Of a stretch of 64,000 nt of DNA, positions 24,959 to 39,300 are shown piece by piece. Made by a program: the position numbers and the translations under genes. Under the pieces are notes generated by a model, which saw only the letters and a program-made list of their open reading frames with translations, had not been told where the DNA came from and ran no database searches. This stretch comes from Octopus vulgaris (Eukaryota). How positions within the stretch are numbered: the stretch's first letter is position 1; every line of letters begins with the position of its first letter. The stretch lies in contig OX597836.1 of assembly GCA_951406725.2 (NCBI GenBank), positions 15,438,001 to 15,502,000 on the forward strand, written 5' to 3'.

Positions 24959-25059
24959 TTACTCAATAGCAGGTTTTTTGAGGAACGAAGAAATCTGAGA
25001 TGCATCTGAAGGTATCTGCGTGAGTTGAACTTCTTCTTCCAGGCTGTTGTCTGCTGTAT
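24959..25059 (-). CDS. wls: wls coding exon 13 (last; ...EEEVQLTQ...KKPAIE*)
   Basis: Acceptor TTCTCACCAG at 25060; TAA at 24961..24959. Confidence 0.8.
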
Positions 25060-27242
25060 CTGGTGAGAATGAAAAAAGAGAAAACAGGTACAAAATGATG
25101 ATGACGATGATGATAATAATAATAATAATAATAATAACTGTCACTCGTCAGTTGTTTGACCGTAACCAATTGAGCATGTCCCTTAGTGGCTGACAATATG
25201 TGCATTTCTGATCACGAGCAGAAGTAGTGGGGGAGCATCATAACTGCGTGTTGAGAGGGATTCTTTGGGGTTTGAATAATTCACTTCCGGAAACACAGTG
25301 TTTCGTTCATCATCCTTAAACAACCCTTATTCAGGGAGCTTTTGAGCGGGATGGGTTACTCGACCAGAAGAAAATTCTAACTGGGCCCCACCTGCAAGGT
25401 CATGCACTGTTTATCTTGCTATGAGATCACCATGTCGCACACATATGGTTGTGATGCATGTGCCTGGTGTACCCTTATCAGACGGGTAGTCATGATGAGT
25501 ATACTGGGCTTCGTATATTTTACCCCAGTGTCACTTTGATGGCATGCACTGCTCTCTCACTCAAATAATAATAATAATAATAATAATGGTTTCAAATTAT
25601 GCCACAAGGGCAGCAGTTTTGGGGAAGGGTGTAAGTCAATTACATTGACCCTAGTGTTCAACTGGTACTTATTTTATCACTGCTCTCTCACTCAATAATA
25701 ATAATAATAATAATAATCAAATAGAGTCCTGCCACATGAGCAGAAGGGTTGCAAGCATAAGTGCAGAGGTACCAAGGATCAACTCCCGATAGACGAAACT
25801 GCACTTAGAGACTGCAAGAGAAGGAAAAGTACCTTAGCCAGGTCATACAAGATAGATTCCAACAAGTTCCAACAAGGTATGTCACTTGGGAAGAGTCTGA
25901 GGAAATTATACTCATACCACATGAATGTAAATTTAATGTACAAATTTGTAATTAAATTATTGAGTACTAATTGAAAGAGTTGTAAGAAGCAAAGATGACC
26001 AATTTACTAATAATAAACAATTATTAACTTCCTTATCTCCATTTTCTTTTCTTCTTCTAAATGGATACAAACTATATGCTTCATATATATACCTATTGTT
26101 TTAAGGTAATTTCATTCCCCCCAAAATACTAGGTATTGACCCAGTATTTCCTTTGATGCAACCATTCCTTCATGAGGTTAACATATCCTCTAATTAAATT
26201 TCTATATCATCAACATTGCCATTGTTTAATGCCTGCTTTCCATGCTGACAAGGGTTGGACAGTTTGACTGAGGACTGGCAAGCCAGAAGGCTTCACAAGG
26301 CTCAGGCTTCCCAGACCCCAGTTGAACCATCCAACCCATGCTAGCATGGAAAGTGGACGCTAAACGATGATGATGATGATGATGATGAAATTGGTCATCT
26401 TCATCCTCATCATCAATAAACAATTATTAACTTCCTTATCTCCAAAACAAGGTGCAAAAAGCAATGACATTGAGTTACCATCGATGATCTGTTTGGTCTT
26501 GTGAGACGGAGCGTACATACAGAGTAATCCAAAGACATAGACATTCCACATTCCATATACTCCTGCAACAGAAAGAGAGGATGAGTGAGTGGGTGTAGTG
26601 CGTGTGTGTGTGAGATGTGCACGTGGTGTGTATATGAGGTAGGTGAGGGTGATGTGACAGATGTGTGTGAGGTGTGGGTGTATGTGTGTATGAAGAGTGT
26701 TAGGGTTATGTGAGGCATGTGTATGTCGTGTGAGGTGTGTGTGTGTGTGTGTTTGTTTGTCTATTGGTGTAGGTTGTGGTGCTGTGCATGCTCGGGTGTT
26801 ATGTGTGTGCATGTTTATGCCTTGGTGTAGGATATACTGTTCTGCATGTCCAATGTTTGGAGAGGAAGGAGAGAGAGAGAAACAAAGGAAAGTGAGAGGT
26901 GGGATACAGGAAGAGGGAGAGAAAGTGAGGGGGAAAGGATGCCATCAATGACTGGGGTCAAAGCAGAATGAAGAGGAGGTACAGTGTCGCAAAGGGTCTG
27001 GGGAGGGATGGCAATAGAGTTTGAGGAAGGGGACAAGAGAAATGGCCTTACCTGTGAAGAAGGCACTGGTATATTCAAGTGAAGGGGACTCTTCCCCCCA
27101 CTTCCACTGTCCCTCGCTCACTTGGCTAATAATGAAGAAGATTACGGTGAGAGCTGCACACACTAGAGTGGCCAACATCAGGAACTTGAACCGATAGATC
27201 AGACCCTGAAAGAAAGGCAACAGTATTAGTAACAATCACATT

Positions 27243-27275
<33 letters not shown>

Positions 27276-27563
27276 GGGCGGGGGGTGCTGAAAAGTTCCT
27301 GGCTTTGTGTAAAAGAAAATACAGGAGGATCAGTTAATTATGGTTTTATTGAGACACATTCTCCTCTTAGGTTCACACACTTATTGCAGCAGTCCTTCAG
27401 TTTTACTAAGCCCTGTAAAAAAAACTCAGAAATTTGGACCTCCAACCAGGCCTTTCACAATGCCCTTACAGCCAGGAACTTTTCAACAACCCCTTATATA
27501 TATATATGTATATATACACACACACTCACACATGTAAATATTCATGTATGTTTGTGTATGTAC

Positions 27564-27611
<48 letters not shown>

Positions 27612-28059
27612 ATGCATATATATAATTAGAAATATTGCATTTCTAAATCTCTCAGAGAGAGTTATGCAGTAGCAGTACTATAAAGTGATGGCTTGTTGCC
27701 AACTTAATGTGGCAGCCCCAGGAAATGATGAGAAATTTAGAAATGCAATATTTCTAATTTTGTAGATCAGTGAATTTATTTCACTTGAAATTCTATAAGT
27801 CTTCAACAGCAGTTTAGCACTAACAGCTAGCAAGGCCAAGCTACTCCAGACTGATAAAGGGCAACTACTCTGAAACTAGTTTCTGTGTGCTGGCTTTATT
27901 GGGTGGAGGTGCTTATCTCCCCTGTTCGGAAACTTAAGGATACAGAATGCTTGTGTCACATAGCCAAACGGTAAACAGTGTTTCTTGGGGCTAAATAGCA
28001 GTAGCATTCTTCCCTTTCCTGGGACTGCCACATTAAGTCAGCAACAAACCACCACTTTA

Positions 28060-28096
<37 letters not shown>

Positions 28097-30693
28097 TACA
28101 AAATTAGAAAATGGAGAAACATACTTAAATCAATAAAACATCAACTATCAGATGATACCCAATCAATACTTTATTACACCATTACATATCAGTAAAGGCA
28201 TTATACAAAATATATAGTAAATATAAATAGACAAGGAATGGTGGGTTGAATTTTTCAACCCCTATCTCATTTTATAATATATATATATATATATATATAT
28301 GCACATATATGTATGTATATTTATACACTTTATTATTAAAGCTGCAAAAATATCACAAAAATCTGCTACTCAAGAGTTTGACGTTCCTGTTCATCTATCC
28401 AACTTTTCAGTAACCCCTTGTATACATATACTCTATTGCACCCCACACCTGGGATCCCACAAGTATATCACAAATGCATATCTCAAACACCATATAACAA
28501 TAATGCAAGACAGAAAAGTGTCGTTGTTACCTGGTAATATTTTCTGCGAGATGAACTCATGTGAGGAAGTACAGTCTTTTTCAAGCTTATCGTCTTAAAC
28601 ACTTTGAAAATCATGTAACAAAGGAAGACAAAATAAAGACTAGCAGCAACCCCTGCAAGTATCACTGATCCGAGCTGAAACATCGTTAAGGAAAATAACT
28701 AACCATCAAATTAATGAAAGGTGTGTATGATGCATGGGATCTTTTCGGTTTGAACGGCAGTTTTTTAAAATAATTTCCACGTAACTAAACATTTTTAAAC
28801 TTCGTATACTGGTAGAATGTGTTTATAAAACATCTTTTTCTCTTGGCTTTATTGAGAAAATTCTATAGTTTGTACGTTATTTGTTGTTTTTTTTCTTCAA
28901 TTTCTGCAATTTCAACCAATCAATGACATCTATTGAGGTGAAAACATTCTGTGCCGTATGAATATGTCCCTCGTTTAAGAAACAGATTGGGTTTATTTAC
29001 ATTTCTGAAGAAAAAAGGTACCCTTCCCCCACCCCTAACCCTAACCCTAAAACAGATTGAAATGCAATAGATCGATACTAGGGTCATAATTATGGGTGAC
29101 AATTTCATATGACACCGCTAGAAAAAACTGCCATTCAAACCGAAAAGATCCGATGCATGTAAAGCCATGTGGCCTTCACACATGAGTTCCCGTTGAAAAG
29201 GTGAGCCAGCTTGGTGAATGTGTGACACTTTGTATGCTTGCTTTGTGTATGTATTTATGCATGTGTGTGTGCATGTGTGAGTGATGGGTATGGCTTTTGA
29301 CAGCCTCCAGTTGGGGCCCTAGTTCCAATGTCCCTGGGTATGAGCAGGTGTGGAAACCCCTCTTAACCACTACTGCTGAGTGGTTGGTGTTAGGAAGGGC
29401 ATCCAGCTGTAAAAATCCTGCTGAAAGAGTGACAGAAGTCTGGTGCAGGCTTCTGTCTGGCCAGCTCCTGTCAAACCAGCCTACCAATGCCAGCTTGGAA
29501 GGCGAATGTTAAATGATGAGGACGACGATGAAAGTGTGTCTGTTTGTATGTATGTATATGGTGGAGGCGCAATGGCCCAGTGGTTAGGGCAGCGGACTCG
29601 CGGTCATAGGATCGCGGTTTCGATTCCCAGACTGGGCGTTGTGAGTGTTTATTGAGCGAAAACACCTAAAGCTCCACGAGGCTCCGGCAGGGGATGGTGG
29701 TGATCCCTGCTGTACTCTTTCACCACAACTTTCTCTCTCTCACTTCCTGTTTCTGTTGTACCTGTATTTCAAAGGGCCGGCCTTGTCACTCTCTGTGTCA
29801 CGCTGAATATCCCCGAGAACTATGTTAAGGGTGCACGTGACTGTGGAGTGCTCAGCCACTTACACGTTAGTTTCACGAGCAGGCTGTTCCGTTGATTGGA
29901 TCAACCGGAACCCTCATTGTCGTAATCAACGGAGTGCTTCCAAAAAATGTATATGATTCAAAACAGTTTGATTTGGATTCCATGCTATACACACATATTA
30001 CAAAAGTAAACACACATTAAAAAAAATACAGAAAATATATACACACAAAATATATATATACGGAAAAAAAGTAATTTCAAACACTATGAAAATGCAATCA
30101 TACATTATGAAAATATATACACATATATTAGAAAAATATATACACAAACATTACACACACACACACACACACAAAATATATACACATAGACGTTTTGAAG
30201 ATATAGATAAATATAAAAATTTAACAAAAATATACACACTGTGAAAATATATTCACATACATAACTTTATAAAAATATATAAACTACAAAAAATAATACA
30301 CACAAAAATACTAAAAAAATACACAAATACATAAACACTTATGCACAACTACAGAGAAGATATCTGCTGGCTTTCAATAAATATTTTAATTAAATCAACT
30401 TTGCTCAGATTTAATTAAACCTAGAAATATCAATTAAAACTGCTTTCAAAAGACTCAAATTGAAAAATGAATGAAAAGGCAAAAACAAACACACACAAAA
30501 ATAAATAAATGTATATAATAGAATTTTTTTTTAAAACTGATATTCTTTAAGTAAAACCCACACAAAAAAAGGGAAATTGTAATTAGACTCGTAAAAAAAA
30601 AAAAATAGCATGAAAAATAATAAAAAAAATAAATAAATAAAACTAATATCGGTTATAAGTTCAGAGTTCATATTTTGACTAAAGCCCCAGAAA

Positions 30694-30780
<87 letters not shown>

Positions 30781-31065
30781 ATGTGTGTATATTAATAAGT
30801 AAAGGATACGGCAAGGTTGGTTCCGTTTTTAGTTGCCCAGATACTGAAGAATGGGTTTTTCAGTTGAACACCTCTGCAATTGGTAAAGAAAAAATGTAAG
30901 TATATATGTATGTATATATACACACGTACACATGTAAGGTTTATACATTAAGTGCATGGGTGTGGACGAACAAATATATTGATATGTGTGTCTGCATCTG
31001 TGTGTGTGAGTGTGTTTGTGAGTGCATATATATATATATATACACACACATATATTTATGAATGC

Positions 31066-31110
<45 letters not shown>

Positions 31111-31246
31111 TATATGTATATAGTTATCTATATAAATATATTTTATTATTTCATTTAGGCATAGTGATACTAATAACCTGGTGTTAGAACTCAATACACA
31201 TATGATTCATATATATATATGTATATATATATACTTAGATATCTAA

Positions 31247-31289
<43 letters not shown>

Positions 31290-32343
31290 TATATATATAT
31301 ACATATATATTTATTATACATATATATGTATATAGAAAGAACACAAAATGGTTGAGATTCTCTACAGCTGTTTCAGACACACTTTTTATTGGTGAATAGA
31401 TAGATAAATAAATAAAAACAGTAGAGAAAAGTTGCTGCCCACCTATGCTCAACAGGGAGTGAAGGGCTTAAATAGGTTATTATGTAAGTTGTTGTTGTTG
31501 TATTAATAGATCTTACCGTTCACACATTTCAAACACGAATAGCATTATACACCCAAATCCGACAGCAGCGAGATGCTTCGTGTATGTAGAGATTCGGTTC
31601 CGATCCATCTGATCCTACAGCGGTCGAATGACGGTACGGCATAACGTAGAGTGTGTGTGAAGGAGTGTAAGTGATGGAGTAGGATAGCAGGAGTGTCAGT
31701 GGTGGTGGTGGTGGTGGTGGTGGCGGCAGCAGAGGTGGTGGTGATGGTTTTTAAAATAGAAAAAAAAAAATAGAAAAAGAATATATAACATAAAATATTT
31801 AAACAAGAGGAGGAAATGGATTTTTAAGTAGGGAAATAGCTTCTGAATTTTAAAGTTAAAATATAACATAAAAAGTCAAAGGTGTTGATGGAGGTGAAGG
31901 CAGCTGCAGTAGTGGTAGTGGAGTGGTGATGATGATGATGATGATGATGGTAGTGGTGGTGGTGTTGCTGATGGTGGTTGTTGTTAAGCAACAAGACCAG
32001 TAAGGGTGATTAGGCGATGGTCTAGGGCTTAGGGGGCGGGAGACCCCAGACCTTGGAGAAAAAAAAAATTTGGTTGCCTTGTAGTCGAGGGCTCTTTGTT
32101 GACGCCCGACACCACTGGGAAGTGGCCCTCGAAGTCGCTGGAAATGGAGATCTCCAGGTCCAAATTCTTGAACGGCTGCTGATGGTGGTGGTGATGATAA
32201 TGATGATGATGATAGTGGTGGTGATGTTGCTGATGATGATGATGATAATGAGTGGTGGTGGTGATGATGATGATAGTGGTGGTGGTGATGTTGCTGGTGG
32301 TGGTGGTGATGATGATGATGATGATAATGAGTGGTGGTGGTGG

Positions 32344-32374
<31 letters not shown>

Positions 32375-34642
32375 GGTGATGATGATGATGATGACAAACA
32401 ACAATGATCAAAGCATGCGACTGTGATGGTAATAGTAGTGTTAGTGGTGGGAGTGGAGGTGATGGAAATGGTAGTAGTGTTCTAGATGATGATGACAATA
32501 ATGATGGTGATGGTGATGGTGATAAATGATGTTGTTAGCAGTACAAGGATGTTAGCTACAGGTGGGATTTGAAATCAGAACATAATGATTCGGAATACTA
32601 AATGCAATAGTAACAACAGGAGGCAGGTTAATGTGAACAGCAAGAGCTGAGTTAGAAACCATGAGAATGGAGTTAGCAACAACCTTGTATGAGTTAGCAA
32701 CAAAAGGGAATGAGTTGGCCGAGATGAATGGCAGATTTGTGGCAACAAGCGGTAGGTTGCCAACAAATTAGCAGATACTCTCTTTTACTTCTTTCAGTCA
32801 TGTGACTGTGGCCATGCTGGAGCACTGCCTATACTCGAGCAAATCGACCCCAGGACTTATACTTTGTAAGCCTAGTACTTATTCTATTAGTCTCTTTTGC
32901 CGAACCACTAAGTTACGGGGACGTAAACACACCAGCATCGGTTGTCAAGCGATGTTGGGGGGACAAATAGACACACACACATATATACAATGGGCTTCTT
33001 TCAGTTTCCATCTACCAAATCCACTCAAGGCTTTGGTCGACCCAAGGATATAGTAGAAAACACTTGCCCAAGGATGATGATGACGATGAACATCCATGTT
33101 CTATGCTAAGCATGGATTGGACAGTTTGACAGGATTTGATGGGTCCAAGGACAGACTACATTGTGCTCCACTTTCTACTTTGGTGTTGTTTAGGTGATTG
33201 GATGCCCTTCCTAATGCCAACCACTTTACAGTACATACCTAGGTACTTCCTTTTTTTCATTCCACCAGCACTATTGAAGTTGCCAGGCAACTTGCAAGAC
33301 TACAAAAGATGTTTACTTTATGCTAGGAGATGAGAGGGTTAAAGTATGAAAGAAAGGGCCACAGTACAACAGGTTTCTTGCTGGATCCCAATTTACTATT
33401 TTGCTTATGTGAACCCCTAACAATTTTATATGGGCCCCAAGGGATTATATGGACTCCAGTTGAGAACCACTAGTCTAAACGAATAAGAAAAAAAGGGCGA
33501 GTTAGCAACAACAATGATGTGGTAAACAATGACAAATGGTAAAATAGCAGCAATACATGATGGGTTAGTTAACAAGTGGTAGGTTAGTATAATGAGTGGT
33601 GTGTTAGCAACGACATAAGATGGGTTTGTTGACAAGTGATAATTTAGCAGAATGAGTGGTGATGACAGTTAGCAACAAGTAATCAGTTGGCAACAACACA
33701 GGATGACATAATTAACAAGAACAGTGAGGAGGGGGGGAAAAGGCAAACGAGTAAAATAAGGAAGGTACTCACAATCATGTGCTCTCCTACGAAAATTAAC
33801 CAAAATGAGAGAAGGATAGCGTAGAAAACTCCCTGTCGGATATCACTTAGTAGCAACATAAATGGCATGTTGATCCACAGAGTCATCCATTCGATAGGTG
33901 CTGCAGACAAATAGACAAACAAAGATCATTATTAATTATTGAGTGAAAGAGCAGTGCATGCCATCAAAATGACACTGGGGTACAAATATACAAAGCCTAG
34001 TATACCCATCATGACTACCCGTCTGATAAGGGTACACCAGGCACATGCATCACAACCATATGTGCGCAACATGGTGATCTCATGTCAAGATAAACAGTGC
34101 ATGACCTTGCAGGTGGGGCCCAGTTAGAATTTGCTTCTGGTCGAGTAGCCCATCCCGCTCAAAAGGTCCCTGAATAAGGGTTGTTTAAGGATGTTGAAAG
34201 AACCACCCATGTTTCCAAAGGTGAATTATTCAAACCCCAAACAATCCCTTTCAACACATGGCTATGATGTTCCCCGACTACTTCTGCTCGTGATCAGAGA
34301 TGCACATATCGTCAGCCATTGAGGGACATGCTCAACTGGTTATGGTCAAACAACTGACAAGCAAATCTGTGGTATTGAGCAGAATATTTGCTGTAGCCCA
34401 TCTTTTATACCAAGACAAAGCAATGTACATGATAACACTTCCAATCAGTTAAGATCAGAAGCCACAAGAGCCACTGCCTGGTACTGCACCAGGGCATTTA
34501 TTATTATTATGACGGTGAGCTGGCAGAATTGTTAGAACAATATATATGTATATGTGCATATGTATATGTGTGTGTATATGTATATATATGTGTGTGTGTG
34601 TGTGTGTGCAGATGTATGTGTGTGTGTATATATGTGTATATG

Positions 34643-34698
<56 letters not shown>

Positions 34699-34930
34699 TA
34701 GCATGGAAAACGGACGCTAAACGATGATGATGATATATATATATACACATATATATATATGTGCATGTGTATATGTGTATATGCATAATATAGGTGTGTG
34801 TGTACATATATGTATAGCTATATGTATATGTGTGTATCTATATATATCATATATATGTTTGTGTGAGTATGCATATATATAAGAAGATATATAAATACAT
34901 ACATATACATATATATGGATATATATATGG

Positions 34931-34966
<36 letters not shown>

Positions 34967-36335
34967 GTGTGTGTGTGTGTGTCTGAGACAGAGAGAGAGT
35001 GTGCATAGGTGTATATAGTAAAAATACTTACAGTTTAATACCGTCAGAGCAATTCCAAGAGAAAATAAAGTTCTGTAAAACAAAGAAAAGAAAAACTATG
35101 AATAAAACCTGAAGTCAGAAAAGATTGGAGGGGGGGGTGAAGAGTTACTACTTAGAATATGGGAGGGGTGAATGCATGTGCAATAATTTAGTTTATTGAT
35201 ATATTACGAATCGCCCTAAATAATGCAGAAATCTGTCCTGAACAAGAGGCCTGTCCATCAGAGAAGATGTGGGGCAAAACAAATTGAAATAAGGCATTCC
35301 GTTGTGAAAATTGTCCGGCAACCACAGGATACTTGGCTGTGTGGTAAGAAGCTTGCTTCCCAACCACATGGTTCCAGGTTCAGTCCCATTGCATGGCACC
35401 TTGGGCAAGTGTCTTCTACTATAGCCTCGGGTCGACCAGAGCTTTGTGAGTGGATTTGGTAGATGGAGACTGAAAGAAGCCTATCGGCCGATGCCAGCAC
35501 CTCGACTGGCTTCTGTGCAAAAAGCACCATCCGAACGTGGGCGATGCCAGCACCGCTTTGACTGGCTCCCATGCCGGTGGCACGTTAAAAGCACCAACCG
35601 ATCGTGGCCGATGCCAGACTCCCCTGGCACCTGTGCCGGTGGCACGTAAAAAGCACCCACTACACTCGCGGAGTGGTTGGCATTAGGAAGGGCATCCAGC
35701 TGTAGAAACACTGCCAGATCAGACCGGAGCCTGGTGTAGCCTCCTGGCTTCCCAGACCCCGGTCGAACCGTCCAACCCGTGCTAGCGCGGAAAACGGATG
35801 TTAAATGATGATGATGATATGTTTGTCCCCCCACCACCATCACTTGACAACCGATGTCGGTGTGTAATTGCGTCCTCATAACTTAGCAGTTCGGCAAAAG
35901 AGACCTATAGAATAAGTACTCCCAAAACCAAATAGTTAGGAAGCAAACTTCTTACCCAAACAGCCACGCTGGCACATATCATATTAAAATTGTGGAGCTA
36001 AGTAAAATCGTGGCCATCCATACATACAGGAATGTCCTAAGCAGGTGCTGGTGTCATGTAAAATGCACTCATGCCAGTGCCACGTACAATGCACTTGTTC
36101 CAGTGCTGCATAGATGCACCTGTGTGTGTGTATGTATGTTAAAAAAAAAATTTATATATATATATATATATATATTGGTTATTTATGTATTGGTTTATGT
36201 CTATCACTATTTGAGTTGCATAATAGTATTTTTATCTCTAATTTATATTTTAGATATTTATACTGTGAAATTTGATTTAATACTAAATTTAATTTTTCCC
36301 TGTAAGTTTGGAGTTATACTCCCTAATATTATTAT

Positions 36336-36391
<56 letters not shown>

Positions 36392-39300
36392 AGAGTTTAT
36401 GAAAAAAACAGAAGACAAAGACAGGTGGTGTACAAAACAAACAGATGTATTAGTATAACACTCAGGAATAGAAAAAGCCTTTTACGTTTCGAGCCTACGC
36501 TCTTCTACAGAAAGAGACACAGAAAAAACAAGGAGAGAAAAATATATATATATTATATATACATGCACACACACACACACTCACATACATGACAAACAAG
36601 ACACAAACACACAGACATACAAAATCTCATGCATTCACCAAATCTGCTCACCTTTCCAAGAGGTTTGGTCCTCTGTCCAGCATCAAGATCCGGCGCCAAA
36701 ACCATATCAGGCAGGGCAATAACAAGAAGAACATGACAGTTTTCAATGATAACCAAACTTCAGTAAAACCTCCCGTTTGACTAATTGCCTGAAAAGAAAT
36801 CAGAATGAACAGGTATAAACAGCCATACAAATTCAAGAGAGACACAATAATCTGGCAATCATAGTGGTGCACAATGTAAACAAGAAAATAAGTCAATGCT
36901 AAATATAAAGTATTACTCTTTTACTTGTTTCAGTCATTTGACTGTGGCCATACTGGAGCACCACCTTTTAGTCGAGCAAATCGACCCCAGGACTTATTCT
37001 TTGTAAGCCTAGTACTTATTCTATTGGTCCCTTTTGCCGAACCGCTAAGTTACGGGGATGTAAACACACCAGCATCGGTTGTCAAGCGGTGCTGGGGGGA
37101 CAAACACAGACACAAAAACAAATATACGACGGGCTTCTTTCAGTTTCCGTCTACCAAATCCACTCACAAGGCTTTGCTTGGCACTGAACCCAGAACCATG
37201 TGGTTGGTAAGCAAGCTACTTACCACATACCCACTCCTGCACAATTTTATAATTTTTATTATTTTTCTTTATAATTTTTCTTTTTGGTTGGATCCTGCTT
37301 ATATATCCATGACAGCATTTTTTTCAATTTGGCTGCAATCATTTTCTCTGCGTCTATCCCCAGGATGGAGAAATAGTTTAGCTGAACTTCAAGAATGCAT
37401 TCACGTAGCAGTGATCTTGGTAAACAAAGGGCTCATTGGCAAGGGGTCCTTTGCATCCAGTTTTTGACATAAAATATGTTTGAGCTGTCTATTGTTCAAC
37501 AGGCTGGGAAATTAGCAAGAGAGGGTTGGTGACAGGAAAGGCATCCAGCTCTAGAAACTCTCTTTTAATATCCAATTTCCCCAGGCAAGCTTAGGGAACT
37601 GGACATTACACCCACCTCGGTTGAGGGGTCTTGAATTGTGAGTCACTTTGTAGCCTCACTGCTAGCATTAGGAAGGACATCCAGCCACATAAACTATGCC
37701 AAAGCAGACATTGGAACTTGATGCAGTCCTCTCGCTGACCAGCTTCTGTCAAACTGCCCAACCCAGCATGGAAAATGGACATTTGATGATGATGGTGGTG
37801 GTAGTGGTGGTGATATTCTGAGAAGGGAATGAAATTAAAGAGAAAAAAAAGAACTCAGATTTTTTCCCAAACAGAGAGAGAATCAGATAAAAAGAAAAGA
37901 CGAAGACAGCATAAAGTAATGAAAGAAGAAAATGAAAATACTCACAACAACCCATATATCTTGTAATTTTCCTATTCCCATGTTGGTAATCTTGTGTTCG
38001 TGGACTGGAATTCTCAGATTCACTAAATAATAATCATAATGACAACTTCCCAATTCAAAGAAAGGCACCAAATTGCATTTGTAATGATTCTGTGCTTTCT
38101 TCTGAAAAAAAGGAAAAATATGAAAAGGACACATGAAAATGTAGGACAAAGGTTCAGTTTCTGCCCTGTTTAATTTAACTATCTTTCCCTTCTGGGGCCC
38201 TCTAGTATTATGTTTAGTGTTAACCATCAGTAAAAAGAATACACAATACTTGTTTCAGTCATTTGACTGTGACCATGCTGGAGTACTGTCTTAAAGGAAT
38301 TTTTAGACAATGATATCAACCCCAGAACTTATCATTGTAAGTAAACCTCATATTTTATCTTATTGGTCTCTTTTGCCAAACTCCTAAGTTGTCAAGCAAT
38401 GGTGGGGAGACAAACACAGACACAAAAACATACACACACACAAATATATATATACTAGCAGTATCGCCCAGTGTTGCTCGGGTTTGTAAGGAAAATAACT
38501 ATATAAGCATTTTTAGAGAGTTACTTCCCTTATATAATAGCCAAAAAATGCATTAAAAATGGGAAAAAATTATGGTAAATCTTTTTTTAAATCGTAGACT
38601 CATCGTAGACGCGTGCTAATACCCAGAAGGGCTCGATATGAATCACGACTATAAGATACCCGCTTTTGGTTAAACTGCACCGCAAAATGTGGGAGTAGTT
38701 AGGAATCTAAATCGTAGGAGACAGACACACAACTTCACTTTTATATATACATATATTGCTGTGGGCAGCAAAGAACTAACAACTCCACCATGACAACACA
38801 CCCACTCATTCCGCCAACATTGTCCAAGTATTCCTCATCAAGCAAAACACACCACTTGTTCGTCGTCGGGCGTCCTACTCCCCAGACTTGGCTTTGTGTG
38901 CTTTTGGCTATTCCCAAAGCTCAAAAAAGCACTCAAAGGGAGGTTTGAATCAACAGAGGACATTAAGCAAAATTCGATGGCACAGCTCTACAGCATCCAA
39001 AAAAGTGATTTCCAGAAATGTTTCCAGCAGTGGCAGGAACGCCGACAGAAGTGTGTAGACTCCCAAGGTGAATACTTTGAATGGGACTCTCTCTTTACTC
39101 TTACTCTTTTACTTGTTTCAGTCATTTGACTGTGGCCATGCTGGAGCACCGTCTTTAGTCGAGCAAATCGACCCCAGGACTTATTCTTTGTAAGCCTAGT
39201 ACTTATTTTATCAGTCTCTTTTGCCGAACCACTAAGTTACGGGGACATAAACACACCAGCATCGGTTGTCAAGTGATGTTGTGGGGGACAAACACAGACA

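Noticed and set aside
29033-29050. Telomere or chromosome-fusion relic
   Set aside because: Only three units, internal to a MITE.
29562-29635. tRNA-Arg gene (also tRNA-like heads at 18835-18905, 41452-41520, 54225-54297)
   Set aside because: No proper acceptor stem or poly-T terminator; continues into a repeated SINE body.
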